NCBI GenBank assembly: GCA_002269645.1
Contig: NIVC01003711.1
Location: 17,320 to 81,319 of the forward strand
From: Macrostomum lignano
Taxonomy: Eukaryota
Length of the DNA stretch: 64,000 nucleotides
Direction of reading: 5' to 3'
Made by a program: the position numbers and the translations under genes
Shown: positions 1 through 24,305 of the stretch, in pieces
How positions within the stretch are numbered: position 1 is the first letter of the stretch
Layout: each line of letters opens with the position of its first letter
The notes under the pieces: generated by a model
The model's input: the letters and a program-made list of their open reading frames with translations, nothing else
Database searches by the model: none
Told to the model about the DNA's origin: nothing

Positions 1-1677
1 CATGCTGCAATGTCATAAAGAAAAGAGCTAATCTAATGCACTGTGGAGATACATGTATTGATACATGTACATGTAGAAACATCAGTTTTTCTCGAATAGT
101 TCTCGAGCATGAAGCTTTGAGTTCGGTTTGAGTTATGATAATCGCTTAGTGTCTGGGTGAGTCCTGCATGTCAATTTTCAGCGACAGAGAGCAAGCAGAA
201 GTACTCGAAATCGAATATCAATCTAATGCATTGTGGAGATAGGGAAGCACCAGTTTTTGGCAAATTGTAAAAAATCCTTTCAATCTGTAGCCGTAATTTT
301 TTTAAGTCGGTTTATCTCGTGGGTGATGTTTTTTCTGTAAAATTTCATGGCGTTTGGTGCTTTAAAAGCAGAGATTTTTGTTCTTTCCGAACATCGATCT
401 TGAATATTGCTCGGGGAATCCCTGCATCTTGTAACAGATTCATTTTTAGCAACAATGAAATCAGTAATAACAAAGATAGACACTAAGGTACTATGTAGTT
501 GTAATATTTGATAAAATGCCTAAGAGTAAAAGGCAAGTCCATAGAAAAATAAAAAAGGGTTTACTCAAATATCTTTGCTAATATTTTTTGGTCTCCTATC
601 ATTTTATTTTTCAAATCCCTTGTAAAGATAAGTGGCTATTTAGTTGCTATGTGGCTTTGCCAATAATAGCCCTTTCTGGTTGCAATAAATATTGCTTTTA
701 GGGACTTCTAGAAATTAAGTTATATAAATTAGTTCCAGTTTTAGTAAGATCATACTTTTGTTTTTGAGAGTGCTAATTTCAAATTTAGGCTTTGTTTCTA
801 CATTGCTTTTTTTTCAAAATTCATGTTGCCTAAAACCAGGGTATAGGGAATGGGAGCTTTAGGATTCTATGGTTATTGCCCTTCCTAGTTACAATATATA
901 TTAATTTTTTAAATAGGGCTAAGTATATTTCTCAAATACTCTTTTATCTATGCTACATAGGCTGGGTTGTTTTTTTTCGTCCATAACTTGGGTGCGATTT
1001 CGCACCCTGTGCTAGATTTCAGGGTGCGATTTTCAAGACCAGGATGCGCTGCACGTCCATAACACTAAATTGTAAAACCCGCATCACATCCTTGCAAAAA
1101 ATTGGGTGCACTTTTCGCACCCTGAGTCAAATTTCAGGGTGCGATTTTTAAGACCAGGATGCTATTCGCACCCATTCGCACAAAAAAACCCAGTACATAG
1201 GACCTGACTAGTATGCTCTTAATTTGACACTGTCTAGTACATAAATTAAAAGTTGAAAAATAAACATTTTTTTATAATTTGTTTATATTTGCTTATGCTA
1301 CTAAGTATAAGCAACAAATATACTTAGTTATAGATAGTTATTTTTATAAGATAAAATTTTACAAGAAAAGACAATTATGATGTAAGACAAATTATTATTT
1401 ATTTTAGTAAATAGCATATAACCTTAAAAATATCTGTTTGAATTCTATTAGTTGAGTTTTTTGTTAGCAGTTGCATAATAATAGAATGCATAGCTTTCTC
1501 AAACTCATCTTATATTACAGTTACATTAGGAGGCATACAATTGTATAAACAGACCAGAATCCTTCCAAGAATACATGAATACTTCTTTCATTTTTTAGAG
1601 CCTTCAATAAAAGGGATTCATTTTAATTTTTTAATATCTACTAAACTTAATAAAACAACAACCCCCACCATGCCCAG

Positions 1678-3760
1678 GCGACATCGGCAACTACTACTAT
1701 GGCCAGGGCCACCCCATGAAGCCGCACCGCATCAGGATGACGCACAACCTGCTGCTCAACTACGGCCTGTACCGCAAGATGGAGATCTACCGGCCGCACA
1801 AGGCCACGGCCGAGGAGATGACGCGTTTCCATAGCGACGACTACATCAAGTTCCTGCGCTCCATCCGGCCGGACAACATGCACGAGTTCAACAAGCAGAT
1901 GCAGCGCTTCAACGTCGGCGAGGACTGCCCCGTGTTCGACGGCCTGTACGAGTTCTGCCAGCTCAGCACGGGCGGCTCCATCGCCGGCGCCGTCAAGCTG
2001 AACAAGGGCGCCACCGACATTGCCATCAACTGGGGCGGCGGCCTTCACCACGCCAAGAAGTCCGAGGCGTCCGGCTTCTGCTACGTCAACGACATCGTGC
2101 TGGCAATCCTGGAGCTGCTCAAGTACCACCAGCGGGTTCTGTACGTCGACATCGACATCCACCACGGAGACGGCGTCGAGGAGGCCTTCTACACCACCGA
2201 CCGCGTCATGACCGTCTCGTTTCACAAGTACGGCGAGTACTTTCCCGGCACCGGCGACCTCAAGGACATCGGGGCCGGCCGGGGCAAGCACTACGCTGTG
2301 AACTTTCCGCTGAGGGACGGCATTGACGATGAGGCATTTGAGCAGATCTTTGCCCCCGTCATCACCAAGGTCATGGAGCACTACAGGCCCTCCGCCACCG
2401 TTCTGCAGTGCGGTGCCGACTCTCTGGCTGGGGACCGCCTTGGCTGCTTCAACCTGTCGCTGAAGGGCCACGGCCGCTGCGTCCAGTTCATGAAGAAGTT
2501 CGACACCCCCCTGCTGTTGCTGGGTGGCGGCGGCTACACCATCAGGTGAGCTGGTTGTCTCATCTGGGATGCTGGGTGCCTCATCTGGGATGCTGGGGCC
2601 TCATCTATTGTAGGATGCTGGGGGCCTCATCTGGGATGCTAAGTGCCTCATCTGGGATTCTGTCTTGATGCCTAATCTTTGATGCTGTGCCTCATGCTAA
2701 GTGTGTCATCTGGGATACTGGGTGACTCTTCTGGGATGATGGGTGCCTTATCTCGGGTGCTTCTAAGTGCTTCATCTGGGATGCTGGGCGCTGCGGCCAA
2801 CTGATCCCAAAATCATCCCCAATTCCTTGACACGTGACCAGCTGATCCCAAAATCGCCCCCAATTCCTAGAAACGTGGCCCGCTGCTGGACCTACGAGAC
2901 GGCCATCGCCCTGGGCCAGGAGATTCCGAACGAGCTGCCCTACAATGACTACTTTGAGTACTTCGGGCCGGACTTCAAGCTGCACATTCAGCCGTCGAAC
3001 ATGTCCAACCAGAACACGCCCGAGTACCTGGAGAAGATCAAAACTCGGCTGCTGGAGAATCTGCGAATGCTGCCGAACTCGCCTGGGGTGCAGATGCAGG
3101 GTGCGTGTCTGGCGCTGCCTGCGGTTCTTTGCTAATGGCTTTTTAATTTGGGATGGGGGTGCATAAAGAAGATAAACTCTTGATTTGATATACACTGTGA
3201 ATTAAGTAGAATCTCCTGCCATAAAATCCCATCCATTGGAATCCCCATCAGTAGAATTCAGTAGGTTATAGTGAAAGGAATGCCAGTTATCCCTGTGGTT
3301 GATTTCTCCTGTTTTTACTTTAGAGTTGCATATTGCTACTAACGAGTAGCAAGTATGAGATTTGTTGCACTAAAATCCCATTAATATTTTAAATTTTACT
3401 TTGAAGAATTTCATATTGCTATAAGTAGCAAGTTGAGCATTTGCAATCAGTAGTTTCCATTCCCCAACGCCGCCAGACATCCCCGAAGACGGCATGGCGG
3501 TTGACGAGGACGTCGCCCAGGAGGAGGCGGAGCAGGACCGCGGCAAGCGGGACGAGCAGCGGGTGAGCATCCGCTCCTCAGACAAGCGCGTCTCCGGCGA
3601 CAACGAGCTCAGCGACAGCGAAGACGAGGCCGGCGATGGCAGGCGCGACTCGAGGTCGCACAAGCGGCAGAAGCGGGACAGCCGGGGCGAGACGGCCGCC
3701 GCCTCTGCCGCTGGCAAGGCCGCCGAGAACGGAGACGGCACAGCGGCCAAGACCGACTGA
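1678..3760 (+). CDS. HDAC1: Class I histone deacetylase (HDAC1/2, Rpd3 family), 5'-partial; exons 1678-2545, 2871-3100, 3477-3760
   Basis: Translation [26 protein letters not shown]...[16 protein letters not shown]...[14 protein letters not shown]...QCGADSL...GGGGYTIR|[10 protein letters not shown]...PGVQMQ|DIPED...LSDSEDE matches HDAC1/2, with catalytic His pair, Zn ligands and Tyr intact. Canonical AG/GT boundaries keep frame (868+230+284 nt plus 1 nt from an upstream exon = 461 codons). The first coding exon was not found in 1-1677. Confidence 0.96.
2550..2800. repeat. Degenerate ~21-bp tandem repeat (CTCATCTGGGATGCTGGGTGC) in an HDAC intron
   Basis: Repeated CATCTGGGATGCT core read directly. 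Confidence 0.7.
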
Positions 3761-4785
3761 TGCTTGTGTGTGTTTGTCATCTGTTTAACAGCTCATACTG
3801 AACTATTCATTCTCGCGATTGTGTTCAATGTCTGTTTCATGTTCTATTGGGCTTTTGTTGTCATTTTGTTCAACCAAAATCACAGATGCTAAAATAATTA
3901 GATGGGCCAATCAGGCATATATACTTTACGTTCAGTAGCAAAGAAGAATACATAAGCTATTTTATAAAAATAAAGCCAGCTGAAATGACTTTGATAAGCT
4001 CGGAAGCCCAAGCTTGCAGGCGTAAAAAACTTGCTAATTGGTTCGGCAATAATGTACATTAGCCAGGCTACTGAATGTACATGGCAGCTTTTGGCGGGAA
4101 TTCCGAGAAAGGCAATTAAAGTTAGGGCGGGGCGAGGGTAAGTGCGGAAAAACGCGGCTGGATGGTTTAAGCTGAGGGGGGGGGTAAGAGCAAATAAAAT
4201 GGGCCTTGACTTTAAAAATACATTAAAATGCTAGTTTAACTTGCTACTGAACTGAAAGTAGTTTGCACGAAAATGTGCTGAGTGGCCCATCTAGTTTTTC
4301 TAGTATCTGTGACCAAAATTAAACGCTCGAAAATAAAATGGCAGCCTCAGGCTTGCGTTTTTTCAAGTTCGCAATTTCTACCTTGCAAACTGAACATTTT
4401 TGTCGGCGCATTTTTATTGGAGATTTTCGGATACCGATGCCCGCGCGAGTTGAAGTAGTGAAATTAGATCTGATGCATGCTATGGCGGCTTTTTATGTAA
4501 TTTATATCCCTAATTTATATCCCTATCTACCCAATAAGTGTAGCTAACGTGTATTATTAGGTTTGCAAACACGCAGCTGTGTGTTAAAAAATGTTCACCC
4601 GCCCTTCCCCACGGCTACTGTAGCAACAGTGTCAACCAACTGCTAATATAAATACACGAGTAATTGTCGGAATCTGAACAAGTTTAACAATACTGTCATC
4701 GTGTGCAATTAATGTTGTTATAACCCGACTCGAATTCGACTGGAGAACAATTTAATAATGCATTTTTAAGTTTATTTGCATAATT

Positions 4786-5740
4786 CATACCAGCTACATG
4801 TACATGCAGATGTACATGTATTTGTACATGCTATTTAAGGGAAGCTTAAGATGCCCATACCAGCTACATGCAGATGTACATGTATTTGTACATGCTATTT
4901 AAGGGAAGCTTAAGATGCCCATACCAGCTACATGCAGATGTACATGTATTTGTGCATGCTACTTAAGGGAAGCTTAAGATGCCCATACCAGCTACATGCA
5001 GATGTACATGTATTTGTACATGCTATTTAAGGGAAGCTTAAGATGCCCATACCAGCTACATGCAGATGTACATGTATTTTTGCATGCTACTTAAGGGAAG
5101 CTTAAGATGCCCATACCAGCTACATGCAGATGTACATGTATTTGTGCATGCTACTTAAGGGAAGCTTAAGATGCCCATACCAGCTACATGCAGATGTACA
5201 TGTATTTGTGCATGCTACTTAAGGGAAGCTTAAGATGCCCATACCAGCTACATGCAGATGTACATGTATTTGTGCATGCTACTTAAGGGAAGCTTAAGAT
5301 GCCCATACCAGCTACATGCAGATGTACATGTATTTGTGCATGCTACTTAAGGGAAGCTTAAGATGCCCATACCAGCTACATGCAGATGTACATGTATTTG
5401 TGCATGCTACTTAAGGGAAGCTTAAGATGCCCATACCAGCTACATGCAGATGTACATGTATTTGTGCATGCTATTTAAGGGAAGCTTAAGATGCCCATAC
5501 CAGCTACATGCAGATGTACATGTATTTGTGCATGCTATTTAAGGGAAGCTTAAGATGCCCATACCAGCTACATGCAGATGTACATGTATTTGTGCATGCT
5601 ATTTAAGGGAAGCTTAAGATGCCCATACCAGCTACATGCAGATGTACATGTATTTTTGCATGCTACTTAAGGGAAGCTTAAGATGCCCATACCAGCTAGA
5701 TGCAGATGTACATGTATTTTTGCATACACTTAAAAGAAGC
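4786..5740. repeat. 64-bp tandem repeat, ~14-15 copies
   Basis: Unit CCAGCTACATGCAGATGTACATGTATTTGTGCATGCTACTTAAGGGAAGCTTAAGATGCCCATA recurs every 64 bp (e.g. 4861, 4925). Confidence 0.95.
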
Positions 5741-7269
5741 TTAGGATGTGACAAACTCACAACTTGATAATAATTTAGGAGTACGTTCAACGAAAACTTA
5801 AAAAGCTTCCGTTACAATGACTATTTATGTTACTTATATATGTATGTAACAGTGTACGTTAATTGTACTTTATATGTACGTGTTTATACTTTGTAAATCA
5901 TTTTAACACTTGTGTATGCAAAATCAACAAGCATGCCCCTGACACAAATCAGATGTAAATTAGACGGTAAATTAACTAGTGAGGTAATTAAATCGTTACT
6001 TTTGCTGAAAAAAATTCATGGCAGAAGAGCTGTGTGCACCCTGGCGCACTTTAAGCGATATAACGCCGACATTGTCACACAACCGACGAGAGTCCGAGGA
6101 CCACTGTGTAGTATATAATATTAAGTGACCCAGATCTAATGCAATCATAGATCCTATCTCCGCAGACCGGTGAATTTTTTCCAGGAAATTGGCCTTCTAT
6201 AAAAATTACACGATCTTTCAGTTTCCCTGAGCAGGCACACAAGTGCGCGGATACGTACAGTACGCAGTCATACGCACAGGCACACTCTCACACAGGAGTG
6301 TACAGCTACCCTAACTTTATTTATCGTTAGGCATGTACACTTCACTGTGCGTTGGGGGGTTGGCCCCCAAGCATGAGCAGAGCTACTGAGCCAAGCCGAG
6401 ATTCCAATTAAGCCCTCAAGATCGCAGCACCACCATATCGCCGCGCCAGAGATCAGACAGGCGCTCAACTCCGTTGGTGCTGCGAAAGACGAGGGCCAGC
6501 CGATCCAGGAGGTAAAATTGCTCCGGAAATTCGCCACTGAGCCTGCAGACACCGCCCGGCCGCGATGCCTGTACGGTTCCGATAGCAGGTACGTGTAGAC
6601 TCTGGACAGTAGTCCGCCCTGGTCTGCGAGACCAGGATTTGCTGTTTGCGAGGACCAACGTAGTGCGCCATAAACGTCCAGGAGGTGGCCCTCCAGAGCC
6701 GGTTGAAACTTGTGGTGGTGCCGGATTGCATGGATCACTAGTGGAACGCCTGCTGGACCACGATCGCGCCTCGACTTCCTCCAGAAGGCGTTTTGGTCCT
6801 CTGGGCGGTCGGAGGCGATGGTGGCAATGGCGATCTAGCTGTCTGTGAGGATGGCGGCGTTGCTGGCCGCGCAGGTGATGACATCCTGGAGGGCCAATCG
6901 GATGGCAATGAGCTCCACTTAAAAGATCTAGGCTGTACCAACGGCCGGTGCATGTTGGTGAGCCTGCCACCAGGTCCACCAGGATCAATCCCAGCGGGAC
7001 CTTAATTCCAGCTCTCGTGTCCCAGCCCAGCAAGTGTCTAGAGCTGCTCGGAGGCCTGCTGGATATGGAGCTGTTTTTTATGTTGTTGCTGTTGTTTCTG
7101 TGGGTTTTGTTTCGCAGTCCTTGTAAAACTAAAAAAAGGAAAAGGCTGCAATTTATTCTGCAACCAGGCAATCTCACAGCTTTTTGAGGACAAAATGCAT
7201 TTTTCAAAATCTCAGTCAATGAAAGCCCAGTCAGCGAATCTTTTTCAGACGCCATTCCCTTTTATTATT

Positions 7270-7500
7270 ATCCCTTAGCAACCATTCCCTCTCAGCACCA
7301 CTCCCCACAAGCTTCATCCCCTCAGCATCATTCCCTCAGCATCATCCCCTCAGCATCATCTCCTCAGCATCATCTCCTCAGCATCATCCCCTCAAGCATC
7401 ATCCCCTCAGCATCATTCCTTTTCATCATTCCCTAAGCATCACTCACCTCAAACATAATTTCCTCAGCATAGCATCCCTTCAGCATTATTCTTGCAAATT
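7270..7500. repeat. Degenerate short repeat (CAGCATCATCCCCT)
   Basis: Repeated CTCAGCATCAT core. Confidence 0.6.
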
Positions 7501-7536
7501 TTTGCACTTACTTTCATATACGGCAGTCTTTTTTTA

Positions 7537-7850
7537 GCGGTTGTGAAGTTTCGCGGTTATAAAGTTTCGCGGCTGTGAAGTTTCACGTTTATGAAAGTAT
7601 GATATTTAGCGGTTGTGAAGTTTCGCGTTTGTGAAGTTTCACGTTTATGAAAGTATGACATTTAGCGGTTGTGAAGTTTCGCGTTTGTGAAGTTTCACGT
7701 TTATGAAAGTATATGACATTTAGCGGTTGTGAAGTTTCGCGTTTGTGAAGTTTCACGTTTATGAAAGTATATGACATTTAGCGGTTGTGAAGTTTCGCTG
7801 TTGTGAAGTTTCGCGATTGTGAACTTTCACGTTTATCATGGAAGTGGGTG
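7537..7850. repeat. ~55-58-bp tandem repeat with internal TGTGAAGTTTC subrepeats, ~5 copies
   Basis: TTTAGCGGTTGTGAAGTTTCGCGTTTGTGAAGTTTCACGTTTATGAAAGTATGACA repeated. Confidence 0.85.
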
Positions 7851-9977
7851 ATTTAGCTTATGAAATTTCCCGTTTGTGAAAGCAACCCCTTCAAGCATCA
7901 TCACCTCAGCATCGTCACTTTAGCAAACTCCCCCTCAGAATCAGTGGCTCGTGAGCAACATACCCTCTCAGTATCAACCCCCAGCATCAAAAATCTTATA
8001 TTAGCATCATTCCCATTCAGAACTATTCCTTATACTCATTCAAATAATTCCCACAGTGCCAATCAAAATCATAATTTATGCCAAATAATTCAGTAATAAT
8101 AAGAGAGTTTTTGTTATGCTTCAAAAAGGTTTTAAAATATAATAAAAACTAAATTTCTTGAATCAACATCTTAATTCTTGAAATTTTCTCTTCAGCCTTT
8201 CCATGGTGGCTCAAAATTAAACTCTCAATAATTTGGTCACAAGTAGACTTCAACAACACCACTCACTCTTCTAGCATAGATCCTAAGCCTAGTGTCCCTA
8301 CAGTACAGCTGTTCCGCCTACTTAAAGATTTAAGTTTAAAACTTTACTTTAAACTCTTTCCCTCTAAAACTTATGTTATTTTGGTGAAATTAAGTTAAAA
8401 AGTTGTCACTTGTCAGTTAAAATTAAATTCTACTATTAAATAGTTACTTTTTAAAAGATTTGCCCAGAATTATTTCGCTGATAATTGACTTGCTCTTTCC
8501 GCATAAAATTTTACATGTATATTCAATTTACTTTGAATTATAAATCCATTTATGCTACTTTTATATTTCTCGTCATTGCATGGACAACTATAATTGTTTC
8601 TCACAAGCGCAACTCAATCTTAAGTCACTCTCCTGCCCTGAGTTGTTAAAACACAATCTCGATTACCCTCTAGTAACGAGTTCCTTTCCATTAATTACAT
8701 TTATTCTAATCAATCATCCAAAATTCCTATAAATTGTCGCTTGACAAAAATATAACGGATTTACGCTAAATCGCACTTGCCATTTCTATCGCTCACAAGA
8801 GTTGCATATGCATGTAGCCTAAACTGAATAAAAAATCCACATTCAACCTGAACTTAGCTTCTTTTCTAAAAATACCATCTCAGTTTGATTATCATTGAGT
8901 ATAAAAATATTATACATAAACTGCAGATATATTTAGCGTAATATAACGTAACATTGATCTTAATAAATAAAGACACTAGTGAAGAAAAATATTTCTTAAG
9001 TTCTTTTTACTTAATAAAAATTGCAAATTTAAAAAATCCTTTTAAATGCATATGCTTGAACTACCTTTGTTATAACAACTGCAGCACGAATTTGCTGACA
9101 AAATGTTTTTGAAGTTAGCGTCTTTCCAAGAGTACCTCGACATTAGGGAACGGAGCAAAAATTCAATCTGTGCATAAGGTTCTGGTAAATATCGCTAGTA
9201 ATTGTTTGCCTTTTTGCTATCTTAAAAGATTAAAAATATGGTAAAAAAACTCAAATTTAATTGTGTTTAGCATCAACGCTATTACATGTATATCTAGATA
9301 TTTTATATTTATCCATCCAAGTACACGTACATACTGATACTGCGTGAGAGAATCGATTCATTAGATTTGAATATTATTATTCGAATGACCTTATATTGAG
9401 GTAACAATAAAAACTCAATATGAAGTTTTGGAATTTTTTATAACTGAAGCAAACTATTTAAAATGTTACAGCCTACTCAAATTTGTTGCATTTATATTTC
9501 TAACTATTGTGGTATAACTAGCTATTAAAAAAATTCAAATATAGCACAAGCATTGATTTACATGTTAAGCTGTTTGTTTTCTTCGCATTTACATGAAATT
9601 TAAACACACAAGCAAGTAAGAAAATAGTTTGAAATATAGCTTGCTATAGTCCTACTAAAGAATTTAAGATCATTAGAGCTGTACAAAAGAAACCAAAAGT
9701 ATTGCTTATAAAACTCATCAATTTTATTACAATGCTTATCACTTCAGAGTTTTATTCTAACTCCGTGGTACACAAGGTAGATCTCAAAAGTCTAAATTAG
9801 CTCTTAGCTATATACATTGTTACCTAGATATCTGTTCAGTAGAATTTTATTCCAGATTATTACTGCAGATTTAACTTTGTATATTTCATTTTGTTTTTGC
9901 AGAAAAACTTTTGATTTGCCATTGCTGACTTATTTCCATTGCCTCTGTTTATGCGCATAAGCCTGTCACATTTATTC

Positions 9978-20980
<11,003 letters not shown>

Positions 20981-21129
20981 GCAATGATGGAGACTTCTGA
21001 TTAGTGATGTCAGATGGACACTGGGTAGAGTTGCTATGGGGATTCCCTGAGATTCTATAAGGGTTATTTATTTTACAAAATCTGGTGGCATCCCTCATGA
21101 GAGCTCTTTATGAGATTTCATCAGAGCTA

Positions 21130-21260
21130 TGGGAGGTTTTTTAATACTTATCCATAAGATTTGATGAGAATTATGCATAAGATTTGATGAGAATTGTCCA
21201 TAAGATTTGATGAGAATTGTCCATAAGTTTTGATGAAAACTCTCCGTAAGATTCAATGAG
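21130..21260. repeat. 23-bp repeat (TAAGATTTGATGAGAATTGTCCA) in the probable CPEB 3' UTR
   Basis: ~5 degenerate copies. Confidence 0.7.
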
Positions 21261-23694
21261 AATTCTCTATGAGATTTGATAGGAATTCTCCGCAACATTG
21301 ATAGAAATTCCATTTGTTTCTCGTAGCTATTCTCCCTAAGGTTAATGATCTCCCAGAATTAAATTTCAAGTTCTTCATAATTTTTGCTCCAACAATCAGC
21401 TTGGCGTTGTCAAAGAAGCACTTGTGTGCCCAAAGCTGTGTCAATCAAGTGGCCGCCGGAAACGCACGCTTTTCTTCTATTTTTCCTGTTTTTTAGCCCG
21501 TTGTTTTTAGCCGTCAAAAGCATTGTGCCCTTTTTAAACAGAAATATTTTTGCTTTTTAAAGAGTTTTTAGTAAATAAATAAAATCCTCCTCAACTACTC
21601 ATTTAGCCAACTGTTTGTCTGGCATGGAATGGCGGTTTTTCCATGGGTTTTCCATAGAAGCCCCTTGGTTCTGATTTGCAGATATTCATATTCTATGCAG
21701 TAAGCAGTTACCTTTTAGCCAAGCGAAAGTCAATTGTTTTAACCAATTAGCTGCATTCGTTTTAACCTTTTAGCAGATTGTGACTGACAATAATTTGCTG
21801 GCTAGTTGTCGCACAATTTTATACTAACAGTAGTATAATCAGCTTATAACATTTTATATTCCTTGTTATGCATTGTGCCGGAATCCAAGATGTTGCCTAG
21901 TTGCTGTTGTTGGTGTTTGCATTACTATTCTGTCAGTAAACCACGCGCAGTTACTGAAGACTGGTGTGTTCTTCAGCTTCCCTGTCCTTTTGCGGTTGCA
22001 TATTGATGTTTTATTATGATTTCTTCCTCTTGTGTTGCCTCTGGGCTTTTTCTGCTATTTTTCTATTTCACTAATAAACAGACCAAAGCGCTGTGTCGCG
22101 GACCAGCAGAATAGCAGTGGAATCCAGACTTTCCCCAGCTATAGTATTAGAGAGACAATTACAGGTGATTCCAAACGGATAAAGCACTGGTTGATAATAT
22201 TTTAGCTTGAAATATTTTTGTATTCGTAGCGTTTCAATGTCGTTTTTGTTATACTGCTAAATTTTTGTATAAATCCAGAAAATAGCCGGCTATATAAAAA
22301 GACTATAAAAAGCACACTTTATTTAAACAACTGCCCAAGTTTGGATTGCTGTGTTTTTTACAACTAACCTCTGCAGTTACATAATTTGTACTCTTGTAGT
22401 ATTGGTTTTTACAGAACCTCCCTGCTGTAATAGCATTTCCTATTTTACCAAATCCTGCACTTTGATCGCATCTCTGCCCATCGCTTTGGGGTTCAAAGAT
22501 ATTTTCGTGTTTAAATTGGCGCGAAAATTTCAGACTCTTAGTTCTATTATGATTTCGGATGATGATTATCGAATTTAAATTAACAAATGTCAATGTTTGG
22601 ATTTTCTTAAAATTTGAAATCAACACGACGTAAAGAAGTTGTTATTAACAAAGACACAAAGACACAAACAACTTCAATTTTGTCCCGTGTCCCTACTTGA
22701 ACATGTTCTACTTTAATTATTCAATAGTGAAGCAATGTCGGCTCTTCGCTCTTAATAATTATTGCGTGAATTCATTTTATTGGCAGGTTTGGTTTTTCGT
22801 TAGTTTTTGTCATTGAAACCATTGGTGGCCCAACCGCAACTCTCTTTCTCCTTTCAGAACTCATTTTGGTGATTGGACACTATTATACAATTCAAATGCT
22901 TTATAATTTGTGGCTTCTTTCCTTTTTTGTGTTCGTCTTTTAAATAGAATTTAAACACACAAAAAACAATTGAGTAAAATTGCTGTTTGTCCTGTGGCTG
23001 CACATTGTGAATTATCAATGCAGTTTGCGACTTTCTCATTTACAAATATTACATTATGCTGCAAGACTAAATGAATTTAAGAGACACATTCAAGGTTTTT
23101 ATTCATGCAGATTTTGTTTTTTTCATACATCCAGAAGAAGGTTAAAAGATTATAAGCTTTATTATGTAAGAGTACTCGTAGTTTATGATGAACTTCCGGT
23201 TTAATGCGCTTTTTAATTATTGGGACACGAATTAAGGACTACCAGTGGTCCTTGACACACACGGAAGTGGATTGGATAAATAGGCTATTCTTCAATACAA
23301 TGGACAACTTAATACTGCTACAGAAGGCCGCAATTACAACCTGGATGAGAAAAAATTCCAAACCCGATTAACTTAACAGAATGAAAGTGGCACCGTAATA
23401 AATTAGGAATGAAAAACACACCAACACTGAAGAAATGGGTAATTGATTTCTTAGAGTTTTATCACACTGCAAGCATTGTATGCGAATATTGTACAGAAGA
23501 GGGTGTCTGACAAATATGAATTATAGAATTATTACTCATGGAGAAAAATGCCAAAAATTTTTTTGTCTGAATGAAAATGTCAGCACGCCTACTAATTAGT
23601 AGGCGGATTAGTAAGGAAACGGGTCAAAGCAGAAAACAGAGATAAATTGATTGATCTATGGTGGGGGCTGACAAACCTTGAACGGCATCCCTAA

Positions 23695-24020
23695 ATCCCA
23701 TAAGCCCTAAATCTCACAAGCCCTAAATCTCTCAATCCATAAATCTCACCATCCCTAATCTCACAAACCATAAAAACTACAATCCCTAAATATCTCAATA
23801 ACTAAATCCCACCATCCCTAAATCCCACAATCCCTAAATCTCAAAAACCCTACATCTCACCATCTCTAAATCTCACAAGCCCTAAATCTCACAAACCCTA
23901 CATCTCACCATCTCTAAGTCTCACAAACCCTAAATCTCACCATCTCTAAATCTCACAAGCCCTAAATCTCATAAACCCGAAATCTCACCGTCTTTAAAGC
24001 TCACAAACCCTAAATCTTAA
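23695..24020. repeat. Degenerate ~15-20-bp repeat (CCCTAAATCTCACAA)
   Basis: Direct reading. Confidence 0.75.
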
Positions 24021-24136
24021 AACCGAAACTACAATGTTATTCTACCTTTTAAAAATCAAAACCCTACAAATTCACAAAAGGCTTATAAAAACCCGACCCC
24101 ATCCAGACCTAGAGCAGGTCAGCTGATTTCACTCGC

Positions 24137-24281
24137 TACTAAAAGTACTAAAGTACTAAAAGTACTAAAAGTACTAAAGCACTAAAAGTACTAACAGTAC
24201 TAAAGTACTAACAGTACTAAAGTACTAACAGTACTAAAAGTACTAAAGTACTAAAGCACTACTTAAGTACTAAAATACTAA
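24137..24281. repeat. 8-9-bp repeat (AAAGTACT) just downstream of the AF9/ENL stop
   Basis: Direct reading. Confidence 0.85.
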
Positions 24282-24305
24282 GTGACTGATAGGCGGCGCC
24301 GTAGC

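Noticed and set aside
31-241. 21-bp direct repeat ATCTAATGCA(C/T)TGTGGAGATA 190 bp apart
   Set aside because: Too little context at the window edge to assign it to an element or function.
1371-1386. Possible missing HDAC first exon (TATGAT|GTAAG)
   Set aside because: Wrong phase for the acceptor at 1677, no open N-terminal reading frame, and AT-rich composition.
1647-2471. 274-aa antisense ORF over HDAC, and similar shadow ORFs over CPEB, AF9, EPDR, PIWI and ORF3
   Set aside because: Expected from GC3-rich codon usage on the coding strand; no recognisable motifs.
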